A DNA stretch of 64,000 nucleotides, taken from NCBI GenBank assembly GCA_945907065.1, contig CAMDSC010000002.1, forward strand, positions 96,803-160,802, in the 5' to 3' direction. How positions within the stretch are numbered: the stretch's first letter is position 1; each line of letters opens with the position of its first letter. Made by a program: the position numbers and the translations under genes. Source of the DNA: Chitinophaga pinensis. GTDB taxonomy: Bacteria; Bacteroidota; Bacteroidia; NS11-12g; UBA9320. Of this stretch, positions 37,601-47,486 are shown in pieces. A model generated the notes under the pieces. It was not told where the DNA came from and did not search any database. It was given only the letters and a program-made list of their open reading frames with translations.

Positions 37601-38165
37601 CGTTCACTTTATCCTGCTCTTCCATCTTGTGGCGTTGCAGTTCGATGTAATAATCCTCGCCAAATAAATCCAACCACCATTTAAACTTTTCTTCGGCAAC
37701 ATCCTCTCCTTCTTTCAAAATAGCCTGAGGGATTTCAGCCCCAATGCAACAGGTAGTTGCAATCAGACCTTCGTGATATTTTAAAATAAGTTCCTTATCA
37801 ATTCTAGGATACTTACCATACAAGCCTTCTATATATCCGAGCGAACATAATTTGGAAAGGTTTTTATACCCTTCGTCATTTTTGGCTAACAGCAATTGAT
37901 GGCGGCGCACATCTCCAGCTTCCCTTGAAAACTTATTTTTAAACCGGTCTTCTACCACGTAAAATTCGCAACCCACGATAGGTTTTATCCCTTTCTTGTT
38001 GCACTCCGATACAAACTTAAATGCCCCAAACATATTGCCATGATCAGTAATGGCAATGGCTTTCATTTCATCGGCCACCGCTTTTTTTACCATACCTTCT
38101 ATACTGCTTGCTCCATCGAGCAAACTAAACTGGGTATGGCAATGAAGGTGGGCAAAATCGAGCAT
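34638..38165 (-). CDS. dnaE: DNA polymerase III alpha subunit
   Basis: PHP-domain N-terminus MLDFAHLHCHTQFSLLDGA...AITDHGNMFGAFKF. 1175 aa. Confidence 0.95.
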   Translation of the reverse strand: MLDFAHLHCHTQFSLLDGASSIEGMVKKAVADEMKAIAITDHGNMFGAFKFVSECNKKGIKPIVGCEFYVVEDRFKNKFSREAGDVRRHQLLLAKNDEGYKNLSKLCSLGYIEGLYGKYPRIDKELILKYHEGLIATTCCIGAEIPQAILKEGEDVAEEKFKWWLDLFGEDYYIELQRHKMEEQDKVNEVLMRFSKKYNVKMIVSNDSHYLDKENANAHDILLCINTGDVQSTPKGDFKGQRFGFPNDEFYFKTKEEMSTLFSDVPHAVENTIEIVDKIEKLDLKKQVMLPAFPLPPPFTDSDDFLHHLTFEGARKRYGEISSEVQERLDFELSVIKKMGFAGYFLIVSDFCEAAIKMSVAVGPGRGSAAGSAVAYCIGITNIDPVKYQLLFERFLNPERGSMPDIDTDFDDAGRQKVIDYVIDKYGQNQVAQIITYGSMKAKSAIKDVARALELPLDESNMLSKLVPESPGVTYEQVFDLPEAKLKDIYNPDDITGILKLREIIGTNSLQGRVLKEARLLEGSVRNAGVHASAVIIAPSDLTEILPVCTLKDSAMWVTQFDGKVVEDAGLLKMDFLGLKTLTIIKDAIELIKNNHNVQIIPDEIPLDDEKTLELFQRGDTNGVFQFESDGMKKVLRDLKPTRLEDLIAVNALYRPGPMEYIPNFVNRKHGREKITYDIEGMSEFLESTYGITVYQEQVMLLSQKLANFSKADADTLRKAMGKKDKGTLDKMKAAFMEGCTANGHDLKVCEKVWTDWEAFAQYAFNKSHATCYAYLANQTAYLKTHYAPEFMASILTHNSGNIDQITFFMDECKRMGLVVKGPDINESIVNFSVNKKGEIRFGLGAIKGIGDAATIEIINQRQIGGNYLSIFDLTSRASLRTVNKKSMEALALAGAFDSWGTYNRAQYMEKSSGSLINGIEMAIKYGGQMQDNKFSNQNSLFGESSGGNIQEPKLQYIEEWNPIEKLNKEKEVAGMFISGHPLDNFKMDMDLFTNTKISELEDINSIKGKDMKIGGIVTFFEERVTKTGKPWAKFVLEDYSGAKDFALFGKDFATYRPFLQLNAMLYGFLSTTPSFRNPDELELKFNKMTYLADLRSTNLKSIQLQLKSTQINKEILNQIIKLTKENKGPATLKISVKDTETNHQTELFSRQIKVDWNQTMQKELELMDIGVKVN

Positions 38166-38282
38166 GGGTTTTTAAAAATATGGGTGAACCACAAAGTTAA
38201 ATGACAGAGAGGGATTTTTTGTTGGGGGTGGATAAGATGGGGAAGGAATATTTAAAGCTTTTTCTAATCAAAAGAAATAAAT

Positions 38283-38828
38283 TTGAGGTTATATTCTAAA
38301 ATAAAAAAAATGGAAAACCTTAAATACCCCATCGGAAGACTTGTTCTTACTGAACACTATGCCGCCGAACAAATAGCTGAAAAAATAAATGACTTGAAAA
38401 TTTTCCCGAAAGCTTTAAAAAAAGTGGTAAGTAACCTATCGGAAACTGACCTAACCAAAACCTACCGCGAAGGCAGTTGGACAGTAAAACAACTCGTTCA
38501 TCATATTGGTGAAAGCCATACCAATTGCTATATCCGGCTTAAACTGGCATTGACGGAAGAACACCCAATCATCAAACCGTATGATGAAAACCTTTGGGTA
38601 AAAACAAAAGAAAATGAACTGTTACCTATTTCTGTTTCTCTTCAAATTATTGAGGCTATGCATACCAAATTGGTAACACTTTTGGAATCCCTGACTGAAA
38701 CAGAATTATCCAGAACATTTTTTCATCCACAATACCAACGCACTTCACGGATTACTGATTTAATATCGCTGTATAGCTGGCACGGGAAACACCATTTGGC
38801 GCATATCGGGCTAGCGTTGGGGAATTGA
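38283..38828 (+). CDS. DinB/YfiT-family protein (putative metal-dependent hydrolase or thiol transferase)
   Basis: DinB_2-like His triad region WTVKQLVHHIGESHTNCYIRL ... WHGKHHLAHI. Start may be Met 38310. Confidence 0.65.
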   Translation: MRLYSKIKKMENLKYPIGRLVLTEHYAAEQIAEKINDLKIFPKALKKVVSNLSETDLTKTYREGSWTVKQLVHHIGESHTNCYIRLKLALTEEHPIIKPYDENLWVKTKENELLPISVSLQIIEAMHTKLVTLLESLTETELSRTFFHPQYQRTSRITDLISLYSWHGKHHLAHIGLALGN

Positions 38829-38852
38829 ACCTATTTGCGATGTAAAAATATC

Positions 38853-38906
38853 GCACAGAGCCATGGAGTTTTGGAGTTTTATTTCTCCTCCGTGTCTCCG
38901 TGCGAA
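38853..38906. repeat. Long-loop palindromic element (ATCGCACAGAG ... CTCCGTGCGAA). It sits in an ~80-bp convergent intergenic gap, with its 3' arm ending 3 nt before the stop codon of the minus-strand gene.
   Basis: Reverse complement of the 3' arm, TTCGCACGGAG, pairs with the 5' arm TCGCACaGAG. A second copy is at 60321-60386. Confidence 0.45.
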
Positions 38907-38909
38907 CTA

Positions 38910-39884
38910 TTACCATCCCAACACCTTGGCAAAAACCAATGGTGCTACAATGGTAGCATCTGATTCAATAATAAATTTAGGAGTATTTATATCTAATTTT
39001 CCCCAGGTAATTTTTTCATTTGGCACAGCTCCTGAATATGAACCATAGCTGGTTGTGCTGTCACTTATCTGGCAGAAATAACTCCAAAAAGGCACATCAT
39101 GCCATTCCAAATCCTGATACATCATAGGAACCACACAAATTGGGAAATCGCCGGCGATACCGCCACCAACCTGAAAAAATCCAACGCCTCTTCCTGAAGA
39201 ATTTTTACGGTACCAATCACTTAACCAAATCATATATTCAATTCCGGACTTCATGGTGGTAGGTTTTAAATCCCCTTTTATACAATAGGAAGCAAAAATA
39301 TTTCCCATGGTGCTGTCTTCCCATCCCGGACAAATGATTGGTAAATTCTTTTCAGCGGCAGCAATCATCCAACTGTCTTTTGGGTCTATTTGATAAAATT
39401 CTTTTAAAGAACCATTCAGTATCATTTTATACATAAACTCATGGGGTAAAAGTCTGTCACCATTGGTGTCGGCTTCTTTCCAAAGTTTATAAATTTGACC
39501 TTGTAACCTACGGAAAGCTTCCTCCTCAGGAATACATGTATCCGTAACACGGTTCAATCCTCTTTCTAATAATCCCCATTCTTCCTGTGGAGTTAAATCG
39601 CGGTAATTTGGTATTCTTTCGTAGTGGTCATGAGCTACCAAATTCATCAAATCCTCTTCCAAGTTGGCTCCTGTGCAAGAGATAATTTGCACCTTATCCT
39701 GTCGAATCATTTCTGCTAATATTTTACCTAACTCTGCCGTACTCATTGCACCGGCAAGTGTTATCATCATTTTTCCTCCTTCATCCAAATGGGTGATGTA
39801 GCCATTGGCAGCATCTATTAAACTGGCAGCATTAAAATGCAAAAAGTATTTTTCAATAAACTCGGTAATTGGTTTTTGACTCAT
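38910..39884 (-). CDS. Deoxyhypusine-synthase-like protein (homospermidine/deoxyhypusine synthase family)
   Basis: ITLAGAMSTAELGKIL...IISCTGANLEEDL and the C-terminal GGGIAGDFP NAD-binding region. 324 aa. Confidence 0.75.
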   Translation of the reverse strand: MSQKPITEFIEKYFLHFNAASLIDAANGYITHLDEGGKMMITLAGAMSTAELGKILAEMIRQDKVQIISCTGANLEEDLMNLVAHDHYERIPNYRDLTPQEEWGLLERGLNRVTDTCIPEEEAFRRLQGQIYKLWKEADTNGDRLLPHEFMYKMILNGSLKEFYQIDPKDSWMIAAAEKNLPIICPGWEDSTMGNIFASYCIKGDLKPTTMKSGIEYMIWLSDWYRKNSSGRGVGFFQVGGGIAGDFPICVVPMMYQDLEWHDVPFWSYFCQISDSTTSYGSYSGAVPNEKITWGKLDINTPKFIIESDATIVAPLVFAKVLGW

Positions 39885-39891
39885 GCGGCAA

Positions 39892-39920
39892 AGATAATTA
39901 GGAATTGGGAATTAGGAATC
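39892..39920. repeat. Second copy of the GGAATT-type short repeat (AATTAGGAATTGGGAATTAGGAATCAGG).
   Basis: Near-identical to 4360-4384. Confidence 0.35.
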
Positions 39921-39954
39921 AGGAAATTATATAACAACTCATCATTTATTAATA

Positions 39955-39971
39955 ACTTTTAGTTTTTAACT
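39955..39971. repeat. Reverse-orientation copy of the 17-mer ACTTTTAGTTTTTAACT.
   Basis: Identical to 22244-22260. The flanking ATTAACTTTCAC also resembles 22261-22272. Confidence 0.5.
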
Positions 39972-40000
39972 ATTAACTTTCACTTTAATTTGCCCCCGCT

Positions 40001-40936
40001 TTGAAAAAAATAATTGGATTCCTTAAAGACTATTTAAGAAACGAATTGAAACCGTGGTTTCTTTTTAGCATCCTGATTTTTATGGCGGGGTATGTTTTTA
40101 TTGAATACCATTATAATTGCACCAATTGGCTGGAACTGCAATATCATGATACCATCACAGATATAGTAATTCAATACCTGATTTTTTTGTTTCCATTTAC
40201 AGTAGGCTATTTACTTTACAGCTCATTTTATAACGACTGGGGCTTGTGGCACAAACCATTATTTTGGTTTCTGCTTTTATTTGCACCTTTGGTTTTTAGC
40301 CTTCGCTCGTTTATTAATTATTTCAGTAATGAAATTTATTCCCAATTGCCCACCGGCCGAACGGCTTTTTTTTACTACCGCTGCACTGCCGTTGTAATTC
40401 GTGATTTGGTAATTGTGCTTCCTGTTTTGGTTTATTGGTGGGTAATGGACAAAAACAAAATGCCTTTTTATGGTTTTACTCTTAAAAATTATGACACCAA
40501 ACCCTACCTAGTGATGCTTGGTATAATGATTCCTTTGGTAGTTTTAGCCTCATATCAAAGTGATTTTTTACATCAATATCCCAAAGGGTTTCATCTTGAC
40601 CCATTAAGTATGGACAACAAAGGCGATCAAAAATATTTCTTTATTTATGAACTGTTTTATGGCTTTGATTTTATCTTTATAGAATACTTTTTCAGGGGAT
40701 TTTTATTGTTGGCTTTCTACCGGCATTTTGGCTGGGGATGCATACTGCCAATGGCTTGTTTTTATGTAGCCATTCACTTTGGAAAACCTTTGGGCGAAAC
40801 CATCAGTTCCTTTTTTGGAGGAACTATTTTAGGAATATTAGCCATTCGAACAGGCTCAGTCGCCGGTGGAATTATTGTACATTTGGGTGTGGCTTGGTTG
40901 ATGGAGTTTACAGCATTGTTGCATAAAATTTTATAG
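40001..40936 (+). CDS. CPBP-family intramembrane glutamic endopeptidase (CAAX protease-like)
   Basis: Polytopic membrane protein carrying the three CPBP motifs: IEYFFRGFLL (EExxxR), FYVAIHF (FxxxH) and IVHLGVAW (HxxxN/W region). Confidence 0.55.
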   Translation: MKKIIGFLKDYLRNELKPWFLFSILIFMAGYVFIEYHYNCTNWLELQYHDTITDIVIQYLIFLFPFTVGYLLYSSFYNDWGLWHKPLFWFLLLFAPLVFSLRSFINYFSNEIYSQLPTGRTAFFYYRCTAVVIRDLVIVLPVLVYWWVMDKNKMPFYGFTLKNYDTKPYLVMLGIMIPLVVLASYQSDFLHQYPKGFHLDPLSMDNKGDQKYFFIYELFYGFDFIFIEYFFRGFLLLAFYRHFGWGCILPMACFYVAIHFGKPLGETISSFFGGTILGILAIRTGSVAGGIIVHLGVAWLMEFTALLHKIL

Positions 40937-40939
40937 TTC

Positions 40940-43039
40940 GTGCAAAACCAATTTCTCCTTACCCCCATCGAATATCTCAAAGGCGTTGGCCCTTTAAAGG
41001 GAGAAGTATTGAAAATGGAATTGGGTATTTTTACATTTGGAGATTTATTAAATCATTTCCCATTCCGGTATCTGGACCGTTCCAAATTTTTTACTATAAA
41101 AGAGTTAAACGAAGACATGCCTTTTGTGCAATTAAAAGGTATAATTACAGAAATACACGAAATTGGGGAAGGCCGTGGCAAAAGACTTTCAGGCACATTT
41201 AAAGACCAAACGGGCGAATTAGAATTGGTGTGGTTTCAACATATAAAATGGATAAAAGACACCATTTCAGTAAATAAAACCTGTATTATCTTTGGTAAAC
41301 CCTCTTTGTTTAACCATACTTTTAACATGGTTCATCCGGAAGTAGAATGGATAGAAAACGACAAACCATCTAAAGGAATGCAACCGGTGTATGCCACCAC
41401 AGAAAAACTAAAAAGTCATAAAATAGATTCCAAGGCTATTTATAGAATGTTGCAAGTTCTTTTTGAAAACAAAGCGTTGAGTATCGAGGAAGTTTTACCG
41501 AATTATTTATTGGCTAAATATCAACTGGAACCTAGGGAAAAAGCATACAGAATGGTGCATTTACCAGCTACCACTGCTGAATTTGCCGCAGGCCAAATGC
41601 GATTCAAATTTGAAGAACTATTTTTTTTAAACGTAAAAATAGCCGGACTGAAAAACAAGCGAAAACGCGATGTAAAAGGATTTGTGTTTAGCAAGATTGA
41701 TTATAATTTTAATACCTTCTATAAATTTCATTTACCCTTTGAACTTACCGAAGCCCAAAAAAAAGTACTGAAGGAAATACGGGCCGATATGGCTACTGGC
41801 AAGCAAATGAACCGCTTGTTGCAAGGCGATGTGGGCAGCGGAAAAACAATAGTGGCTTTACTTTCTATGCTTATTGCCATTGATAACAGAACTCAGGCAG
41901 CCATTATGGCTCCTACGGAAATATTAGCTAATCAGCATTTTGAGATCATCAGTCAAATGGTTTCGGGTTTAGGTTTACGAATAGGAATGCTTACCAGCAA
42001 TACCAAAAAATCAGCCAAAGCCAAAATTTTAGAAGCGTTAATTGAAGGGCAAATTGATATCATGGTAGGAACCCATGCTTTGATAGAAAACGATGTGATT
42101 TTTCAAAATCCAGGATTGGTAATTATTGATGAGCAACACCGGTTTGGCGTAGCCCAAAGAGCCAAACTTTGGAACAAACAACAAACGCCACCACATGTTT
42201 TAGTAATGACCGCTACTCCTATTCCCCGAACTTTGGCAATGACGGTTTACGGTGATTTAGATGTTTCAAAAATTGACCAAATGCCACAAGGACGAAAAGC
42301 TATAAAAACCGTTCATCGCTATGAAACCAAGCGGCACGAAATTTTTGATTTTTTAAAATCGGAAATAGCTAACGGCCGCCAAGCGTATTATGTTTACCCT
42401 CTCATTGAAGAATCTGAAACCTTGGATTATCAAAATCTAATAGATGGTTTTCATAATCTCAAACAAGTTTTTCCAGAAACTAATTATAAAATTGGGATGG
42501 TACATGGCAAGATGAAAGCCAAGGAAAAAGAAATTGTGATGAATGCATTTAAACGCGGCGAACTAAATATGCTGGTAAGTACAACAGTTATTGAAGTGGG
42601 GGTAAATGTGCCCAATGCTAGCGTTATGGTTATTGAAAATTCAGAACGGTTTGGGTTGTCGCAATTGCATCAGCTTAGGGGAAGAGTAGGCCGTGGTGGA
42701 GAGCAATCGTATTGTATATTATTATCCTCCGTAAAATTAGGACAGGTGGCCAGAGAACGAATTAAGGCAATGCTTGACACAACAGATGGTTTTGAAATTG
42801 CCAATTTGGATTTAAAACTTCGCGGCCCTGGCGATTTACTAGGAACCCGTCAAAGTGGATTATTAGACTTAAAAATTGCTGACCTGGTGAAAGATGAAGA
42901 TTTACTTATTAAGACCCGTTTAGCAGCTGATGAACTTTTAAAAGATGACCCTTTATTAATGAAACCTGAAAATATACGATTGCGGAATTGGTTTGAACAA
43001 TTGAAAAAAGTAAAGGGCGATTGGAGCAGAGTGAGTTAA
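40940..43039 (+). CDS. recG: ATP-dependent DNA helicase RecG
   Basis: Wedge-domain N-terminus; helicase motifs GDVGSGKT, DEQHRFG, and the TRG-like QLRGRVGRG. 699 aa. Confidence 0.9.
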   Translation: MQNQFLLTPIEYLKGVGPLKGEVLKMELGIFTFGDLLNHFPFRYLDRSKFFTIKELNEDMPFVQLKGIITEIHEIGEGRGKRLSGTFKDQTGELELVWFQHIKWIKDTISVNKTCIIFGKPSLFNHTFNMVHPEVEWIENDKPSKGMQPVYATTEKLKSHKIDSKAIYRMLQVLFENKALSIEEVLPNYLLAKYQLEPREKAYRMVHLPATTAEFAAGQMRFKFEELFFLNVKIAGLKNKRKRDVKGFVFSKIDYNFNTFYKFHLPFELTEAQKKVLKEIRADMATGKQMNRLLQGDVGSGKTIVALLSMLIAIDNRTQAAIMAPTEILANQHFEIISQMVSGLGLRIGMLTSNTKKSAKAKILEALIEGQIDIMVGTHALIENDVIFQNPGLVIIDEQHRFGVAQRAKLWNKQQTPPHVLVMTATPIPRTLAMTVYGDLDVSKIDQMPQGRKAIKTVHRYETKRHEIFDFLKSEIANGRQAYYVYPLIEESETLDYQNLIDGFHNLKQVFPETNYKIGMVHGKMKAKEKEIVMNAFKRGELNMLVSTTVIEVGVNVPNASVMVIENSERFGLSQLHQLRGRVGRGGEQSYCILLSSVKLGQVARERIKAMLDTTDGFEIANLDLKLRGPGDLLGTRQSGLLDLKIADLVKDEDLLIKTRLAADELLKDDPLLMKPENIRLRNWFEQLKKVKGDWSRVS

Positions 43040-43041
43040 AT

Positions 43042-46000
43042 TTATTTATGCTTTCGGTCATACTTTTTTTTCTGCCATTTAGGAAAAAAGTAATCCAATT
43101 CCTTACGATAATAAAAACCCACTCCTGAAGTATTTATCGGTTTATTATTAACATTTATAGGGTCGTTTGCCCGATTATTAAAACCTCTAATCAATAACCT
43201 TCCATCCTTTTTTACTTTATAACTAACATTCACATCATAAGATGTATTGCCCGATTGACCGTACGTACCGCCTATTTCAATGCGGTCGTTATATAACTTT
43301 CGTTTTAAAGATAAAATAATTTGTTTATTGGCATCACTACTTGTAGCTGACTGATAATTTACTGCAGCCTCCCAGTTGGGATCTATTTGCCTTAGCCAAC
43401 TATTTACCTGATTGGTAACAAAAGCCCCAATACTGTTTTCAAAAGAACTTAATGCATTATTGCCGCTAGAAGCTGTACCAGCCGAATTTATGGGAGCAAA
43501 AGAATTAAAAACCAAAAGATTAATAAATTGTTTGTTGGTTTCTTCTTGGTCGGCTCGTATTTGGTTTATTGCATTATTTAAATCCAAATTGGCAAAAAGA
43601 GTAGATTGGTTATCTTTAGAAAGATTAATACCTAATCTAATATCCGGCTTAAACAGATTATCTTTCATATAAATTTCACAGTCTACTGCTACATTATTTG
43701 TGGTTTGAGAAGTGGACGTGCTTGGCAATATTACTGATGGATCGGCTTTAACTGTGGTAATTGCAACAATGTCAACCATCGCATTCAAAGGGTCTCCTTC
43801 CCAGGTAATTTTGCTACCACTTTTTACCTTTAATTTTGTATTTACAAGATTATTTAGAGCTGTAAAATTATAACGCCCTTTATCAATAACATAACTTCCA
43901 AACATATAAAAATCTCCAAAAGTATTAAGCTCCATTTTGATATTACCATTTCCAGCCACACTCATCACATCATCAAATTTTGCATCAAATATCATATTGA
44001 CTTCCGCATCGGTGGTTACATCAAAATTAAAATCCATGGTAATACCACTTAGTTTTTTTGTTTCAGTCGAAATCATATCAGCTCTCAAATCAACAATCTT
44101 TATATAGTCGGGACCTGTGTTTTCGGTTGTGCTGGAAAGTGGAAGTGAGATAACTGTCTTAGGTCTTGTTTTAGCATAAATACTTAAATAAATCTGATCA
44201 ATTGTACCAGTAACTTTCAATTTACCATCCACAAATGCAGTTCCAAAAAACATATCATTTTTATCTTCGGTAAGGTCCATACAGTTAAAATTTTTAAGGT
44301 CATTCATAAAAATATCAAACCGGAAATCATTGAAATTTTTATGATAAATTTTACCGCCTGCCAACGCTACGGATCCATACTTATCTTTTACCTTAAATGT
44401 TCCTAAATCGATTTTCTTTTCATCAATTAATACATTTGCAAAATCAACTTTTAATGGCAAACCTAAATAGTCCATAAAAAAGCTTGCATCTTTAAGTACT
44501 ATTTTTCCATCAATATCAGGTTTGCTTAAAGCTCCTTTTACATTAATAACTCCATTTGCCAAACCAGTAATATTTGAAAACAACCCTTCGGTAAACATTT
44601 CAAAGGGCTTTATATTAGTTTCATTTAGGGTGCAAACCAAATCAATTTTATCATTATTTGGGGTTAAATCAACATTTCCAAGTATTGATAAATCATTTAT
44701 TAATCCATTTTTAATAGTTCCGTCAATATCCATTTTATAAGGACTACCATGGGAGTGAGAATTTAATACCACATCTCCTACTGAATCCTTGTTATAAGCT
44801 AAATTATCAATCGTAAGGCTTGACTCTACAATTGGACGATTGTTGGAACCATTTAGTGTTAAATTTCCATTAATGATTCCCTGAATTTCGGAGTTCCACG
44901 TTTGTAATATTGGATTAATTTCAGCTAAATTAAAGTTAGAAATATTTAATTTAAGATTTTCAAACTTTTTTTCGCCAGCCAAACCATTTATTGACAAGGA
45001 TTGATTACCTTTAGAAATGATAAAGCTATCAACGGAAAGATTAGATTGAGCATAGTGTAAATGGTTTTGATTATTTATTATCCAAGGTTTTTTATAAAGA
45101 TAAATTACAGAATTGGCAAGTTTTAAATCTATGGCCCCTTTCGAAAAAATAATATTTCCACCTGAAATAATACTAACATCTTGCAATGTATCAGATGTAT
45201 TTAATCTAAAATTAATATCATTGCCTCCCATATCTGCAGCTAAATTTATGTTATCCGTCAAAAAGCTATCGGTAACATATAAAGCACTTGATTTTGTAGT
45301 AAATGTAAGCCTTTGCCCGGGTTGTTTTGAACTTTCGATGGCTACTTCTTTAAATGAATAGTCAGTATATTTTACGTACTCAGCTCTGGCTAAAATATCC
45401 ATGCTTTGCGAGGTGGAATTATAAACTCCTGTTGTTGTCAATTTGGAAAATGTAAGCTCAGGCATTACTAATGCTGATAAAAACCGTGAATCACTTATAT
45501 CCACATCAAAACGAATATTAACAGGGTTGGCTTTAGTTTTTAATTTGGCATAATAGTCAGGAAACAAATCATAAAGCAAATTATCAATTGTTGATTCAAA
45601 TTGACTAATCTTAAATTGACCTGTAATATTAATGTTTCCTAAAATACTGTTTAGCACCACCGAACGCTGTTGATATGGCCCAAAAGCATTAAGATCAATT
45701 GTTCCTAATTGATATATACTGTCTTTTCTTTCCAATACTACATGGTTCAAAATAGCACTAATTTTCATATCATCAATGTCGTTGCCTTCAAACGATATGT
45801 CAACATTATCAATTTGGTTTATATTAATATCACCATAGCCAAGTTTTGCTAAATTTACAACTCCAAGCTTTGCTTTAAAATCCCCACCAGGGCTTTCCTT
45901 ATTCAAATCAAACATCCCGTTGAAACTTAGATTTACATTCGGATCCTTTATATCAAACGTCCCGTTGAATACTTTTTTTTCAAGCACTCCATCAAAAGTT

Positions 46001-47436
46001 GCGTTGGAATAATCATAGCCATCGTAGATGAACGATACAACATCACCTTGCAATTTTGTGTTCAAATCTTTCATTGTAAATCCTTTTCCATCGGCTACGG
46101 TAAAAAATGTAGTGGTACCAAATAACCCATCATTGAGAAGTTTGCCCATATTAAAATTAAATGCCTCTACTTCGCCCTTATATTCCTCGGGTTTCCCATC
46201 TGGAAATTTCAGATTAAGATCCGTCCGGATATTACCAATCGTAGTTTCTATTAATCCTTTTGTGGTAAAATCTTTAATTACACCTGTAAATGTTCCGGTA
46301 TAGCACAATGAACCAATTCTTAAAAGTTCTTCAGGGAATTTGGTATTGATTAAATCCTGAATGGATGAAGGATTAGCCGTCAAGTCAAAAATAGATAAAT
46401 CAAATGCAAGTTTATCCATATTGGTTAGGTCTTTTAATAAAATATCACCTCGCAAATGGTTTAATTTTCCTACAGTAATATCCATTTTTTGGCCTTTCAA
46501 ATTAGCCAAAGTACCAGTTACACTGCCCATTATTATAACCGGAAATTTATATTTTAGCAACTCATCTGAAAAGTAGCTAACATCTTTCATACTAACGACA
46601 GATTTTGACAAATTAACATCCCATTTTACACTATCAATAAAGTTGGAAAGCTGTTCATAGTCCTTATATTTAAATTTTAAATAATTCCCAATTTTTGAAT
46701 AGCGGGTTTTAAAAATTAAATCTTCAAACTCCATCATAGTGCTAGAAATGGTAGTATTGGCCGAAAATTCTTTTACTTCAAAACCAGATTTTTCTTTAAA
46801 AGTTAATGTTTTAATTCCCAAATTTAATGAATCACCAATAAGATTGAAAGGTTTAATTTGAGCATTTATATGCTGATAAACCATATTGGATTCGTCAAAT
46901 TTTCGACCTTTTGTTTGGGTATCATTTTCGTTTTTAAAACAATAATCTACATTTTTGAGCTCAAGATTTTTTATAAAGAGTTTGAAAGGAACAAATGGTT
47001 TATTTGATTTAGGGCGGGGTGGGGAAAAATAATCAATTATAAATTGATAGTTAAAATCCCTCAGACCTTTATGAACAATCATGTTCACTTTTGTATCTTC
47101 AAGTACTGCATGACGAATTCTTGCCAGTTGAAGTTTATTATCAAAAATAATTTTGTAATTAAAACTAGTCTTCAATTTACCGAAGTACGCTAAGGTGTCT
47201 CCTTGCCTGTCTTCAATATACAACCCCTCTAAAACCAAATTATTTACTAATTCAAAATCAATAGATTTTAAGGCAACTCTAGTCTTTAATTCCTTAGATA
47301 AATAGTTAACAGTTTTTTGTGCAGCCCAATTTTGAAAAGGCCGACTTCGCAATAAAATATATCCAATTGTGACAAAAAAAACCACAAAGCATACGCTGAG
47401 AAGAAATCCTCTTGATATTTTTTTAAGTATTTTCAA
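43042..47436 (-). CDS. tamB: Translocation and assembly module protein TamB (AsmA/DUF490 family)
   Basis: Single N-terminal TM anchor, ~1460-aa beta-rich body, and a C-terminal DUF490-like IGGTYGQSGN...RGFNNRA. Confidence 0.6.
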   Translation of the reverse strand: MKILKKISRGFLLSVCFVVFFVTIGYILLRSRPFQNWAAQKTVNYLSKELKTRVALKSIDFELVNNLVLEGLYIEDRQGDTLAYFGKLKTSFNYKIIFDNKLQLARIRHAVLEDTKVNMIVHKGLRDFNYQFIIDYFSPPRPKSNKPFVPFKLFIKNLELKNVDYCFKNENDTQTKGRKFDESNMVYQHINAQIKPFNLIGDSLNLGIKTLTFKEKSGFEVKEFSANTTISSTMMEFEDLIFKTRYSKIGNYLKFKYKDYEQLSNFIDSVKWDVNLSKSVVSMKDVSYFSDELLKYKFPVIIMGSVTGTLANLKGQKMDITVGKLNHLRGDILLKDLTNMDKLAFDLSIFDLTANPSSIQDLINTKFPEELLRIGSLCYTGTFTGVIKDFTTKGLIETTIGNIRTDLNLKFPDGKPEEYKGEVEAFNFNMGKLLNDGLFGTTTFFTVADGKGFTMKDLNTKLQGDVVSFIYDGYDYSNATFDGVLEKKVFNGTFDIKDPNVNLSFNGMFDLNKESPGGDFKAKLGVVNLAKLGYGDININQIDNVDISFEGNDIDDMKISAILNHVVLERKDSIYQLGTIDLNAFGPYQQRSVVLNSILGNINITGQFKISQFESTIDNLLYDLFPDYYAKLKTKANPVNIRFDVDISDSRFLSALVMPELTFSKLTTTGVYNSTSQSMDILARAEYVKYTDYSFKEVAIESSKQPGQRLTFTTKSSALYVTDSFLTDNINLAADMGGNDINFRLNTSDTLQDVSIISGGNIIFSKGAIDLKLANSVIYLYKKPWIINNQNHLHYAQSNLSVDSFIISKGNQSLSINGLAGEKKFENLKLNISNFNLAEINPILQTWNSEIQGIINGNLTLNGSNNRPIVESSLTIDNLAYNKDSVGDVVLNSHSHGSPYKMDIDGTIKNGLINDLSILGNVDLTPNNDKIDLVCTLNETNIKPFEMFTEGLFSNITGLANGVINVKGALSKPDIDGKIVLKDASFFMDYLGLPLKVDFANVLIDEKKIDLGTFKVKDKYGSVALAGGKIYHKNFNDFRFDIFMNDLKNFNCMDLTEDKNDMFFGTAFVDGKLKVTGTIDQIYLSIYAKTRPKTVISLPLSSTTENTGPDYIKIVDLRADMISTETKKLSGITMDFNFDVTTDAEVNMIFDAKFDDVMSVAGNGNIKMELNTFGDFYMFGSYVIDKGRYNFTALNNLVNTKLKVKSGSKITWEGDPLNAMVDIVAITTVKADPSVILPSTSTSQTTNNVAVDCEIYMKDNLFKPDIRLGINLSKDNQSTLFANLDLNNAINQIRADQEETNKQFINLLVFNSFAPINSAGTASSGNNALSSFENSIGAFVTNQVNSWLRQIDPNWEAAVNYQSATSSDANKQIILSLKRKLYNDRIEIGGTYGQSGNTSYDVNVSYKVKKDGRLLIRGFNNRANDPINVNNKPINTSGVGFYYRKELDYFFPKWQKKKYDRKHK

Positions 47437-47486
47437 CTGCTAACCTGCGAATTTAACTAAAATTGCACCTTTAAAAGGATTGCAAT

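Noticed and set aside
38863-39048. 61-aa plus-strand ORF overlapping the 3' end of the deoxyhypusine-synthase-like gene and the palindromic element.
   Set aside because: It is an antisense and intergenic frame artefact.
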